Shown here: piece by piece, positions 1 to 12,998 of the stretch
Layout of the letters: every line of letters begins with the position of its first letter
Numbering within the stretch: the stretch's first letter is position 1
Origin: Lama glama
Lineage: Eukaryota
DNA length: 64,000 bases
NCBI GenBank assembly: GCA_028534125.1
Contig: CM052816.1
Coordinates: forward strand, 65,906,001-65,970,000
Direction: 5' to 3'
The notes under the pieces: model-generated
The model's database searches: none
What the model saw: only the letters and a program-made list of their open reading frames with translations
What the model was told of the DNA's origin: nothing
Position numbers and translations under genes: made by a program

Positions 1-354
1 TCATTTTTATTACATAACCTAACCACACACAGAGCCTACAGGGAAGCAAAACAGAGGTTGAAACATGTTTATTGCCATTGACTTTTAAAGAAATCTCTGA
101 GGGGTTTGCCTCAATATTTAAAAAGAAAAATGATGGATACCTTTCTGAATAGATGCCATTGTGTGGCTCAAACAAAGCTGACTCTGTTTAAGAGAAATGG
201 ATTGTTTTGCCTTTGACCAGTGAGTACTGTCACCTGAACAGAACTCACCAGGGACAATAAAGGATTATCAAAGGGTTAGTAGTTGTTTAAGTGGATATTA
301 GTTATTGTTCCAGCCTTACAGATAATCTAAAACATCTATGTTTGTATGTCTTAT

Positions 355-379
355 CACACACACACACACACACACACAC
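355..379. repeat. (CA)n microsatellite
   Basis: Perfect CA run of 25 nt. Confidence 0.95.
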
Positions 380-1309
380 TTGTTGGACTGCATCCCTTTA
401 TTCCTTGAAATGCTTTTGAGTCTTGAAATCATCCCTCTGTAACTCCAGAGGGGCCTGGGATCCAGCTGACAGATATTCAGTCTTTGCAATGTGCCTGACT
501 TTGTGCTCTGTACTTAATTCTCACTTTCTCACCCAACCTCCCTGAACCCTGTGTGGCGTAAGATTGTCTGCAGTTCCAGATGACGAAAACAAGATGTAGA
601 GAGGCTAAAAAATCTGCCCAAGGGCACAAAGCTATTGTCAGAGCCAGGTTCTGAGGCAAAGTCACAGTTCCAGTACACATACACACACACATATACATAC
701 ATGCATGTGTGCTCAAACTCAGGTGAAAATAGTGTTAATGAGGCTAAATGTGACAACTACAGAGTAAGTAGAAGTTCAGGTTTGTTAAGATCTTTCAAAA
801 ACTCAGAGGGTTTATTGCTGATTTTATTTTTCTCTTAAAGGAGCGTTTCCTCCCATTGCTGGCATGTGCAGTTATAAAAATCAATTAGAGGTAAACAGAT
901 AACAGCTTTCTGGCTGCCTTCATGTCTGTGAGCCTGACACAGATCCCAGAAGGAAAACTACGCTTATGTGATATTGCTGATTTAAGGATCCTTTGACCAC
1001 TTATTTACAGTATCCAGTTACAGCCATTACTTTCCTTTTTGGGCAAAAGCACACATTTGCTTGACCATTATTTTGGTGGCAGCCAACATCGCCTGCCACT
1101 TCCAATATGTCCTTGAGTGCCCAAGCTCGTAATTGCAGTGTTTGAGTTCAGAGCTCCCCGGACAGCGCAATTAGCGCCAAATTCACCGCCTTCGGGGACA
1201 TTGGTGAGGCTTTCCTCAGAGACCTTGTTGTTGGCCAGGAACGTAATGCAGAATACCTCCCTTTGCATCATAAAGGTATTTCTAAAAGTAGTTTCTCATT
1301 GAATTATTT

Positions 1310-2010
1310 TGTAATAACACATATTTTTCTAAGTACAGAATAAACATGTTCCTTGAAGACAAATTGAGAACTAGCAGAAAATACATGTTATAAAATGTAA
1401 ATAACCTGCAGCGACAGTATCCAGGGATGGACATCATTCAAACAAGTTGGCCTACTTCCTTTTAAAAGCATACACACTCACACAGCCACACTCACACACA
1501 CTCACACATCCACACTCACTCACACACACACACGAACATATTCAACACATACACATATATAAGTACATATAATTAGAGAATGCACAAAAAACTTGGGTCA
1601 CGGAGTTGAATATTTGAACATGTTTATCGCTATATAAATCCTACTATGTGTGTGCAGTGACTCTCAGGGCAGTATTTTTTTTTCATTCTGCTTTTATCAC
1701 TTAACATTTTAAATATGCATTTTCCCAAATCATTTAGTATTCTGGGAAAACCTGGTAGTCTGGTGGTGGCATACTCTATTTTACATACATTAAAATGATT
1801 TATTTAGCCATTCTTTCAATTGTTGGGGATTTACATTTTCTGCCCTTTTCTCTGTTATAAACAATGGTTCATTGAACATCTTTGTAATAGAAATCTGAAT
1901 CTGTATCTGTGATTATTTACTTAGATAAATTCTCGGAATTCCTATTACTGGGCCAAAGAGCTTAAATGTTTATAAACCTCTCAATGTGTACTGTTGTATT
2001 GCCAGATAGT
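1310..2010 (-). mobile_element. Ancient L1 (L1ME-like) 3' region with a CA-rich insert
   Basis: Degenerate motifs ttctgcttttatcacttaacat, tttatttagccattc, ttataaacaatgg...tgaacatctttgt and attactgggccaaagag. Boundaries are approximate. Confidence 0.55.
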
Positions 2011-2649
2011 TTTAAAAACACATTTTAACCCTACTTGAAGAAAACTGATCTTTGAAGAAATATTACAGTGAATTCTCTTTTTTTTAAAGAGTCAAAATTT
2101 GTAATTGTTATTTAACAAAATCTGAATTTTCATAACATTTTATTTAGTTAGACACTTTTGTTTTACATATGGGAAGTTAAGGTTCAAGTTCCATTCGAAA
2201 GACAGAGAAGCACAAAAATCTATCTTCCAAGCCTGGTCAGAAACATTTTTGTTATCAATTCTGGAGAGAAACAATTTGGGTTTCAATGGTTGAGACAATT
2301 TTTGGTGGCAGAATATTTCAATGTTTGCTTTAAATGTGGTGATATGTTTGGACTCTTGTAAGTCGGAGTTCTACAGTAAAACAAGAATCATTTTATTCCA
2401 TGTGGTTCATGCAGCAACAGTGTTCGATGGAATTCATAGGCACAGAGAGTGGTTCCCCAACTGCGTTGTGCCTAAGAAACACTGTGCTTGCATGTGTGTT
2501 TTAAAATGCAGTTCTGCCCTTCATCCTTAAGGCTGATTTAGTAGCTCTGGATAAGACTTGGAACTATTCATTTTAACAAGCATCCGGTTAATTCTGGGGC
2601 AGATAGTCTAAGACCACACTGTAAGAAATATTGGTATGATGATGAAAAA

Positions 2650-2850
2650 TATCTGACCTGGGTGCTTTGACACTAGCTTTGCGTCTATCTCTAATTAAGT
2701 TCTCTCTGCCTCAATTTTTTTTTTATCTATAAAGTGGATAGGAAAATACTTACTTTCTCCATCCAGGATTGTTGTGAGGATTAAGTGAAATAAGGCATGC
2801 CAAAGGTTGTAGCACAATCGTTAGTGCCTAGTAAATACTCAGTAAACACT
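2650..2850 (+). mobile_element. MIR SINE
   Basis: ctctctgcctcaattt...atctataaagtgg...ggattgttgtgaggattaagtgaaataa...tagtaaatactcagtaaa. Confidence 0.75.
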
Positions 2851-4237
2851 AATTCACTGTCATTGTCCTTGGCATCATGTCTGTGTCATTATTCCTGCAC
2901 TGGCAAATTGAAATGGATACTTTTAAATGGTTGGCATTGTTGGTGGATTATTGATTGTGATCTGTTTCGTTCCTTCTGACATGGCTAAATTCTGTTTACT
3001 TAGGTATTTCCCTTATTTTTCTCTTGTCTCCATCCATACCCACCACTATAGTTGAAGCTGAATTGAGATCACAGGCAGCAGGACCTACCCAGAGAGTTTG
3101 GTAGGACCAGTTGGAAAAGCATCAGTGAGTTTTGTTGAAAATAAACTACTGATTCTGCTACTCATCTGCTCAGAGACCCCGTGTGTGAGGAAGTATTGGT
3201 TCTCCAGACCACTGGAGAGCTGTAATTTGCACAGCATATCAGCCATGGCCTGTGTTTGCGTAGTTAATTCCCCTTCAGCTGGTTCAGCAATAAAACCTGT
3301 GTTAAACAGAGAGATTCCTTTAAGCGGATGTAGAAGTCCACATATAGCAAACACATTTAATAAATAGTTATTAGGTTCCTATACCTAGTGTCAGAACTGT
3401 GTTAAGTACTGGGAATACCGGTATGAATATATTAAAGTAATTTAATTCAGTCATTTTTCTGGAGTCATCTTTCTGAAGAAAACAACATGATAGGCACTAT
3501 GCAGTTCGTGGCTACTTCCTACTAAAGATTAATGTGTCTGAAATTGCTGGCTGCTAGGTATTCCAAGCATTCCCAGTAGTACTCATTTGACTAGAGAGTC
3601 CCTCTGTCTAAAATAAGGTCCCTTAAAGCACAAGTTAAAGTCTTAAGAGAAAATACCACACCAGCAAACCCTCTGTATAATCCCTAAAGAAACGGCCTCT
3701 CAGAGGCCTGCTTACTTCAGGTCATATCTAGTTAAACTGCGTAACTCAGACATTCCCCTGAGTGTCAGTGGGATTTCTCCCAGAGCTGTGAATTTGTCAG
3801 GTTAAGTTACCTTCTCTCCTGATCCATGGGAAGCGACAGCGTTTATTGAGAGGTCATTGTATGTCGGTCCCGAAACTGGGTACTTATATATTCTCTCGTT
3901 TAAACCTTCTAACAGCCCTTTCTCATACCTGGGACCTTGTCAAGACTGTGTCAGGAACAGAACAATAGCCTTACAAGGTTCAGGCAGCCAACAAGCTGTT
4001 TTGCTTAAGTGCAGAGAGAAGCTATGCTTGCCGAGCTCTCATGGCCGGTACAGGCTGGTGCTCCTTAGAAAGAACTGGGGCCGTGGCTGGACCTGTTTTC
4101 CTGCCGACTTAGGGCCAAGCAGGGTAGCAGACCTAGTTTAATGCCTTTTTGTTGGTATTTTTCTTTAATAGGATCTTGCTGCTTTCATGGTAGGTGGATT
4201 GTCCTTAACTGGTTTTAACCTGGTCCCCACATCTTGG

Positions 4238-4650
4238 CAGAAATTCTTAACCCAGAATCCACAAAGAGGTTTTAAGAATCTGTAACCCCCTTAAAATAAT
4301 AACAATAAAAATGTACAAAGCACTCAGTGTCCCACTTCACATGATTGATCTTATTTAAACCTTATCCTGGCCCTATCAGATAGGTACTGTTTGTCTTTCC
4401 ATTTTGAAGATGAGGGAAATGAAATATCTTCCAGAAAAGTCTCTAATGATACAGCAGCAGAGTAAGGGTTTAAACCAGGCTCTTTGACTCCAGAAAACCA
4501 CTAGGCCGTACTGAGCTTTCTGGAATTTCTGGTGTGTATGTGTGTATGTGTGTGTGTTTATGATTTTTTCAGAAGGCTTACATTTCTGAAGATTTTCAAG
4601 TCATTTTGATTCTTAAAGAGATCTCTGAGCTCTAAAATTTGAAACCCTCT
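4238..4650. mobile_element. hAT MITE (MER103-like) interrupted by a minus-strand MIR (about 4298-4520)
   Basis: Left end cagaaattcttaaccc...accccc and right end gattcttaaagagatctctga...aaatttgaaaccctctg. The central piece has the MIR core ccattttgaagatgagggaaatga. Confidence 0.5.
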
Positions 4651-5800
4651 GCTGCAGAGTTGTTGTCTGTATGGACGTTCATTAGAATGATCTGAACAGA
4701 AACAATCTGCTCCATACCTTTGTGGAGACCATACTTGTGTTATCAGTTGAAGCCCTTGGTTAATTCACCAGGAAGGTCTGCAGGTTTTGAGCTGAGAGCC
4801 CAGCGCTCCACAGATACGCGCCATTCCTTCCCTCTACCATCTGACCGCATCTCTCCTTGGAGCACACTACCAGGTTGAAAGTAGCTTTCCAAATAAAACA
4901 TATGCCACTCATCAAACACCCAGAGAACTAGGAAAGCTGCAGGGGAGCTCAGGGGCAAAGAGATCATCAGTCTCGGACCCTCTGTTTAGCTTTATCATAT
5001 CTTGATAAAACTGGCATGTTACCCTAGGCGTGGAAGGCAATATGCTCTTCAATAATAAACAAGTTTCGACTAGTTTATTGTAGTGAAATTTGCTTTTCTT
5101 GGAATTTGGATCCAGGTCACATCCCTTCTCTGCTCTAACAAAGGCACAGTCACATAAATAAGGCAAGTCTTAGAGTCACAGAAATAACAGGATTTTGTTA
5201 TGATAGAAAATGTATACGTACCAAAACCTCCTTTAAAAATATAATTGGACCGTCTTAACCGAGAGGTTGTATGTTGGCCATTAGTTTCAGGAAACCGGAA
5301 GGGTTGCATATGATCATTCCATTAGTGTTTCACTGGCCTCAAGGTGCATGCAGTGAGCCAAAGTATGACCATCTTATTAAAATGCAGGAAATTTCAATGT
5401 ATTTAAAGGAGAAAGAATAAAAAGGGAATTAATACTTGTTGAACACGTACCACTTTCGAAACACTGTCTTGAGTGCTTTAATGTTCGTTAGCCAATTTTG
5501 GTTTTCTGCATGTGAGTGTTTTATAGTCCTCTTTCAACACGTGTGGAAGCTCAGGCTTGGAGAGCCTGGGGAGCTTTGCTTAGGGTCCCAGAGCTGGCAA
5601 GGAACAGAGCCTCTTCCAATCCAGATATGATTCCGAAGTCCATGTACTTGGGGAGCTAAATAACATTGGGGGACCTAGTTTTTATTAACTGCATCAGTAT
5701 TTTAATAGGGACCGCTGGATGCTAGAGAAGCAATGAAATATAATGGATAAAAACATGAACTCTAGGCAAGTTACTTAACTTCTCTGAGCACTATTTCTTT

Positions 5801-5894
5801 TTTTTTTTCAACTTTTTTATTGAAGCATAGTCGGTTTACAATGTGTTGATTTCTGATGTACAGCATAGTGATTTAGCTATACATACATACATAC
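5801..5894 (-). mobile_element. 5'-truncated L1 3' end inserted into a MIR (MIR about 5730-6000, +)
   Basis: Poly-T followed by ttttattgaagcatagtcggtttacaatgtgttgatttctgatgtacagcatagtga, which is reverse-complement similar to 55630-55711. Degenerate TSD gagca...tttcttt at 5786-5800 and 5895-5909. Confidence 0.8.
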
Positions 5895-7491
5895 GAGCAA
5901 CCTTTCTTTCTCCAGCATAATAATAAAAATCAAATGAGATGATGCATATAAAATGCTGACAGTTGTCTATTCTGTATTGTTATTGTCTATTGTTATCATT
6001 CTGTTATCCTGGGGAAAAGGCCCACTGACCAGGGGCAGGAGGGTCCCCCTGGACCGAATCTCCCGCTTGAGGACCATCTGGGAGGGCTCACCTTTGGGAG
6101 CTGCTGGGATATCAGCTCTAATTCTATCCGGGATGCAGCGACAGAGAGCAGGGTTGAGGAGAGCTTGACCGACAGTCGGGTCTCCAGTGCGGAGACTTGT
6201 CAGAGTAATCAGTGCTGCCAGATACAAAAGATGTCAAAGACCACGTTGTCTCCCAGGGACATTAGCCAAAGTCGAAAGCACCCGGGAGAAAGCATCAGTG
6301 TAACAGTACACGACGGCTAGAGCCCTGATATTTAGACCTCGTATGGTAGATTTAATACCGGGCTCCCAAAATTGTCTGCCTGTTTTACTTTATCAAACAG
6401 AACTCCAGCAAGGAGATGGGGAAAACCCTTCTTCTGTGGTTGCTCTCTTGTGTTTGCCATTGCTTAATCAGTGTTTGTTTTGGTAACAGGAACACCTAGC
6501 CTTCCAGAAGCAACTTAATCTCCACCATTCCAAAGATAACCTTTCCAGGGTAATCTCAACATCAGTCGAGGCCACAAAACGTTATGTCTGTGCAATAAAT
6601 AGCTCAGGTTTCTGAGTATTCCCAAGGACACTGATCTCACATTACTTAACTAACCATCTTATAGTCAAAAATGTCTTAGCCCTTACTTCACACTATATAC
6701 AAGACTGGAGAGTTAAAGAGATTATTACATTTTGCTTGATGTATTTTGGCATGGCAGGTAGCCTGCAAAATATTTTATTACAATTTGAATGAACTATGGT
6801 GAAACAGGTATGAGGTTTTTCAGCTGAAAAAGAGCCCATGATACAGTATTCAAAGGGAATAACTCTGATTCAGGGAAACACTTTCTAAAGCATAGCCCTC
6901 TTTTTATTCCTTCCAGTTCTCTGTTTGGTGGTGGGGCCAGGAAAGGAAGACGCAGGTTCAGTTCTTTCAAATGAGAGCATCAAAGGCAGTGACTTGAGCT
7001 GTTCAACAAAGGTCAAATGACCTTTTTTCCTACTCCATTCACAACTGTGGGAGAACTGAAACCTCATTGTGTTTAAATTCAAAATGCACACTCCCATTTC
7101 TTTTTTTTAATAGATATGTGAGTTCTCACCTATTGTCCAAATGCTCACCTAATTACCATTATCTACTAATCCAAATAGAAACGACAAAGCTATGGGGGCT
7201 GGGAAAAAAAAAAAGAAATGACAAAGCTACAGTGTGACTTTTGTTCCTATTTTACAAGAATTACCAATACATTTGGTTGAGAAGCACAAAGGGCAAATAT
7301 TCTCTCCTCATGATAAGCATAGTGCCTCCCTGACACAAGAACTAGCCAGCACTGACATAGCTCTGATCACATGCCAGGTCTTACTCTAAACGCTGTTTTC
7401 CCGCTACATCATGTTGCTGCCTCTCCCCAGTCATTCATTCGTTCAGTCATTTAATATGCATTTACAGAACACCTCCTACCTGCCAATGCAC

Positions 7492-7928
7492 AAGATTTTT
7501 TTTTTCCCCACACCTTTACTTATTTACTTCCCAATAACTGTAAATCCTTGAGAGGTACAGCATCACATGGATTCTGTGTCCAATGGCCTTAGCATGAAGG
7601 TTGCTTTGGAATTTGGCACGAATCATGCCACTGTTTTCATGAGCATGAGTTACCGTTCCCCAGATGGCTCTGGTTTTGTTCGGTTTTCCACTGGGAGTTA
7701 CTGTGTTGTTCTTAGCTTTGTACACAGAAGCACATTTCTTGCCTAGATAGAATTCAGTTTCATCTTGAGCATAAACACCTTCAATTTTAAGAAGACCTGT
7801 GTGCTCCCTTGGGTTTTGGAGACCCCTCTTGGAGCCAGCAAAAAATGGCCTTCCAGATACATTTATCATTTTAGAAGTCCTGTTCCCAGCAGGCCTCCGC
7901 AGGATCCAAGGTGGCTAAAAGAAGATTT
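7492..7928 (-). pseudogene. RPL35A: Processed pseudogene (retrocopy) of 60S ribosomal protein L35a
   Basis: Intronless ORF 7516-7869 with [34 protein letters not shown] and [15 protein letters not shown]. Pyrimidine-rich TOP-like 5' end near 7917-7924 and poly(A) remnant (T10 at 7496-7505). Short possible TSD aagattt at 7492-7498 and 7922-7928, followed by aa (L1 endonuclease-like site). Original start and stop codons are lost. Confidence 0.95.
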
Positions 7929-7929
7929 A

Positions 7930-8582
7930 AATTCACAGGATCTAGGGTCAAATCTCAGCCCATCATTATCCAGCAAGCTATTACTTTTCTCTGAGTTACA
8001 GTTTCATCATCCATAAAATAGGGAGTGACAGTAATATGTATCTCATAGAAATGTTATTAAGAGTGTCAACTGAAATAAAATGCACGCCCTAAAGGCCGGA
8101 AGTTAGTTTTATTCGGCAGACATTTCTGAGAACGTAAGCCTGGGATGACAGCCTCTTAGATCGCTCTGGGACTGCTCCAAAGTGGCGAGATAGAAGCCAG
8201 GATATATGAGTTTTTGCAACAAAGACCAGGTATCTCAAGTTAAGGAATTTAGCGCTTTTCAATGTGTGTGAAGGTGCAAGAGTCTGGGCTCATTGAAATC
8301 ATTCCTTTGATATTCACCTAGCTGTCTAGGGCCAGTATCCTGTTCTTTCCCATCCTGAGTTGCCTCAGGAGGCACCTTTGGGGATGCCTGCTTGTCTGCA
8401 TCCTGAGTTCCCTCTGCTCACTATTGGGGACAGCTGCATTAGTGGCTGATGACTTGAAGGCCACAGCATCTTTTGTTTATTGATATGGCTTGCAATATTT
8501 TTCATTCACAAGAACAAATGAAATAATAGATACAAAAGCATTTGGTAAATAGTAAAGCACTATGTAAATGTTATTTTTATTA
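7930..8582 (+). mobile_element. MIR SINE split by the LTR at 8064-8510
   Basis: MIR core ctctgagttacagtttcatcatccataaaataggg lies before the LTR. The MIR 3' part aaatgaaataatagatacaaaagcatttgg...tagtaaagcactatgtaaatgttatt resumes after it. Confidence 0.7.
8064..8510. mobile_element. Solo ERV1 LTR, MER41-like, inserted in a MIR
   Basis: TG...CA termini, 447 bp, approximate 4-bp TSD agag/agaa. The internal block ctcaagttaaggaatttagcgctttt...gcaagagtctgggctcattgaaatcattcctttgat is recognised from memory as MER41-like. Confidence 0.8.
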
Positions 8583-10843
8583 TGATGGTAAAAGTAAGTC
8601 ATATGTGTGCACTTTCCCAACCTCAAACAGCTAGGGAGGGGTATCTGGTAAGGGGAGAGATGTTTCTGAAGCCAGGTGCAGTAAGCCAGAATAATGCTTT
8701 ATTGAGGACCTAAGTAAGATGTTTGGAATTGCAAGAGCAAGCATTGGAGGTTTATTTGACATTGGTTAGTACATGTGGAGCTTTGAAGAACAGGAAAGAT
8801 TTCATGGGTAGAAATAGGTGGGGCTGGGATAAAACTTTATTGTCTACTCTGGATACTGAGAACAGCATGAGCTAAAGCATCTTTGGAGGGACCAGAGATG
8901 AGATTTGGGAGGGAGAGGGGACCAGATTTTAAAGTAATTTAAATGCCAAGATAAAGAATTTTAATCTAGTTTTGTAGGCAAGAGTGGTTATTCAAAGAAG
9001 TAACATAATCACATTTTCCCACCACTCCAAGTTATCTCTGGTCCCCTTATTTCCTTCCCTCCTTCCTCCCCTTTCCCTCTTCCTTTCTTCCCTTCTTTCT
9101 TCCCTCCACTCAACCACACACAAAATCCCAACAGCAGTATAGGAAATGGTGTCCCACAGTGGGCCAGTGGTCAGGGGCACCACCTAGGAAGCTGGTTGAC
9201 AGTTGAGTTAGGAACAGCACTAACTCTGGGTGCCCTGCCTCCCAAGGGAGTTTGAAGTAGAGGAACATGAGCTGAGTTTAGTGTTGTGCAGTTGAATGTG
9301 TGCAGGAATAGGAAAGCTGAAGGGCGTCTTGGAGACCAGTCTAGTGTTCCTAACTTGCCAATACTTCAGATAGCTTGGACAGCTTTGTAAAAATACATAT
9401 TCCTGGGTCCAACCCCAGTTCTACTGACTCTTCCCAGTCTTTCCAGGGTGGTCTATAATGTATTTAAGTAAGTTTAACCACATGGCATTTGCTAGATCTT
9501 CCCTCAAGGATTATTAAACATTTACCAAACATTTAAGGCATTAACAATGTGGTTAGGATAATTAGCGAAGTTGCCAAAGTGGAGCACCCTTACTTTAATT
9601 CCTTCCAAGTTTTTGCCATACTGTTATTTAGACGTGTAGACACATTCATTCATTTCAGCAAAATGTCACGTTCGACGCAAAGATTTTGAACATTACATTC
9701 CAGGCCGCTAGATAATATCTCAAAGTGAGTTCTACTAGGGGACATTCAAATAAGAATTTGTCTTTGTTTCGAGCTTTATGAAATGAAAACTATTCCAGTT
9801 GTTCAATCCTCCATTTAAATCTTTAGTCTGAAGATCAGAAGATTTTGATTTGCGTCATAATCCAGTCACTTAACGCAGTGAGACGCTGGGCAAACCATTG
9901 CCCTCCTTCCTGAGCCTCAATTTTCTTTTCCCAAATAAGGATAAGCATCCACGCCACTCACCCCCACTGCCGTTGCACAGGGTCACTGCGTAAATTCCAC
10001 TAAACCATGACCGTGAAAGGGCTTTAGAAACAGTGTGGGACTATGACGTGAGAGGCACAGGAGGGAGGGGGCTTTGGGAGAAATTCTTTTGTTTCCCCGG
10101 GACAGGTCATCCTAGTCCAGCTCATCAAGAGGCGCAGATGCAGTTCATGGACATGGCAAATGGCTAAAGCACCCATGGCATCCTCAGAGATTATTTCCAT
10201 GTGGCCTGAGGGGCCAAGTCCTTTAGTGGGATTAGTGGCAAACATAGTATTCAAACTCATAATTACATTGCAAGTTTAAAGGACAGCTGTGTACTAAGAA
10301 GCCAAGAACAGAATAAGCATAGAAGTGGTTTGGATTTTTTTCCCCTTGTCAAATTTAATTTCTAGGTCTAAACTTGAAAGGAAAAGAAAAAGAAGGGTAA
10401 AAAAAAAAAAAGCACATTTTAAGCTTTTTGAAAGTACTAAAGTTAGGGAAAAAAGAAAAAAACACTGAATAAATGCTTATAAAAACTCTAATTTTGATTT
10501 CATGATGTATAGGCATCTGTAGCCCTATTTTCAAAATTTGGTCAAAGTTAAATTTTAAAGGTCAGCAAAATGTATAATCATGTTTGTTTGTTTTTTTCTT
10601 CCAACCTAAGTTTAAACAACTGACATCTATTCTTTATTTAGTAGCTTAATGTATGAAAAAGAATAAAACTTATTTTATGTCTTTTTTGTGAAGGTAAACA
10701 CATTTCAAATTAGATAATCTACCAGCAGTACTGACTTCGTATAGGCAGGCTGGAGATTAAGGTTTATTTACATATTTACATTATGGTGGTACAATGTAGT
10801 GCAAAATATTTTACATGCCAGGAATCAAAACAGTTACAGTTCT

Positions 10844-10967
10844 GGGGAGGGCATAGCTCAGTGGTATGCACAAGGTCCTGGGTTCAATTCCGAGTACCTG
10901 CATTTCAGTAAATAAACAAACTTGATTACCACCCCCCCAAAAAAACAAATAACAAACAAACAAACAA
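10844..10967 (+). mobile_element. Camelid tRNA-derived SINE (vic-1 type), internally deleted
   Basis: Head ggggagggcatagctcagtggta with A box, B box gggttcaattcc, A-rich tail. 16-bp TSD aaaaca(g/a)ttacagttc at 10827-10842 and 10968-10983. Confidence 0.88.
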
Positions 10968-12599
10968 AAAACAATTACAGTTCCTATCAGGAAATAATTT
11001 ATCTGAGGATTCTGGCATGACCATCTTTAGCTAGTTAGAAAAAATGTTGCTAGATTGAAAGGCTGTCCCATTACAGAAGCCCTTATTTATATTGTACTTC
11101 AAGGTCTTGTACCATTTTGAACTCCTCATTAAGAAAAGCATAAGTCATTTTTTAAAAGGGGATATAAATGGAAAATAATCCAAAATGGGAGACAAAATTC
11201 TACAAAATAAATTCCACAAAAAAGAAAAAAGAAAGACAAAATACAAAGAGTTGAATATCTGAGTCCATCTAGAAAATAGACCAGTTGGCACAAATGGATG
11301 CTTCTATCTAAATATTTGAGATATATCATTGCATAAAAATGAAAGGGATTTCTATGGCTAACAAAGTAAAACTTGACTTTTTAAAAGAACATAGTTAATG
11401 TCAAAGCAGGGGAGATCAGCAATGATCAGTTTTCCTAGCTTTGCAAGTCCACAGGATTCATGGACTGTCTCACCATGAATTTGGTTGTCCTGGAGGAAGG
11501 AAATCCCATTTTAATTTAGGGGCAGAAATTCACTGCAACCACTGCAGTCCTTGTGTCTCCTCCATGAACTCCATTCCTTTCCAGGGGTGTCTGGCAAGAC
11601 TAGGTGGTCGATAAATATTTGCAGAATGGATAGGTTCATTTCTGTACCCACTTCATCACCTTCAGGATGTATGGATCATTCGAGTTTGATCTCTAGGGTG
11701 CCAATGACATATTTTTCATACCAGAAACACACTGCAGCTCAGTGAAGGGAAGGAGGCACCGACTGGACACCACTCCACTATTTCAGAAGCCATAGAGGCA
11801 AGAGTAAGCAGTCCCAGGTAACCTCCTTTCCTCCTTCTAGAGAAGCATATCTGACTCTAAAAGGGCATTTAGTTTATGAGTTCAGAAAAGGAAGGAAGGC
11901 ATCTGATTCAACCTGCATCTCTTTGAATCTGAAGGACCAACTCAGCTCTGATACCATTGCAGATGAGCTAGAAAACAGTGAACTGTGGTCGCTTCTAGAT
12001 TTGGGTAAGGTATGACACATTTCTAGGATTGTTTCATAGACTCTGGCCCATCCACCTAGAATGTGCACATTCAGAATGTCATTTTAGTCTGGAGTCCCAT
12101 TCTAAACAGGGCAGCCTGGTTTGATCTGGTGTTTCTGAGACCTCATTTACTCCAGAAAAGCATGGATCCAACTCCCAAGGGACAGCAACTCCAAGACCTG
12201 TATCTCTTCTGTGATAGAGAGACAAATTGATGAGCCAGCCTCATGTCCCAGCTGGCCCTCTCCAGCTCTCCTGACTGTAGTCAAGGAGGAATGGAACAGG
12301 ACTGGCTTTCGCTCTTCACAGACCAGCCACAACTGTGTGTGATGGTCAGAAACTTACTCTCTAACACTTCTTCAGTACTGGAGGATAAGAAGTGCCTTCC
12401 TGAAAATCAGTGTAACCAAGGAAGATTAAGGGGAGGGAGATCTCAACCAAGTGTGAAAATGGTAGAATTAAAGAGGCAGTGGGTTTTCACTGGGGCCTTT
12501 GTAGGGGCACTTTTTTTTTTTAAGTCACAGAGGTAGATCTAATGTGAATTTGACAGTTTAATACGCTGTTAGTGCTGCCAACTTAGTTTGGTGTAATAG

Positions 12600-12998
12600 A
12601 CTGTATTAGATGTTATTATAATAACAAATACACCCTCCAAATTAGGTGTTTTTTAAAAAAAAGTTTGTTTTTCATCAAGCAACTGTCTAGGGTGGTGACA
12701 GGGCAACTGCTCTTATCCTTGCTGTCATTCAGGGACCAGGCTCCTTCCATCTTGTGTTCCCACCATCCCTGGTGGCTTCAGAACCCTCAGCATACAACTG
12801 GCAGAAGGAGAAAGAGGGCACAGCCAAGCATGTGGGAGGAGTTGTGAGCCAGTCCTGGAAGCAGCGTGCAGTATTTCTGCTCACATCCAGTTACGTGACC
12901 AAGTCTAATTGCAAGAGAAGCCTAGAAACCAGGACTTCTTGTCTGCCCAGGAATAAGCAGAGAGTGGAATTTGGCAGTTGCCAAGCATAATTTGCCAT
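12600..12998. mobile_element. ERVL-MaLR LTR (MLT1-like)
   Basis: gtcattcagggaccaggctccttccatcttgtg and atttctgctcacatcc...aattgcaagagaagcctagaaa are recognised as MLT1 motifs. Confidence 0.65.

Noticed and set aside
10844-10900. tRNA gene (also the heads near 13830-13901, 25190-25264 and 34365-34431)
   Set aside because: These are tRNA-derived SINE heads with tails, TSDs and internal deletions, not intact cloverleafs.
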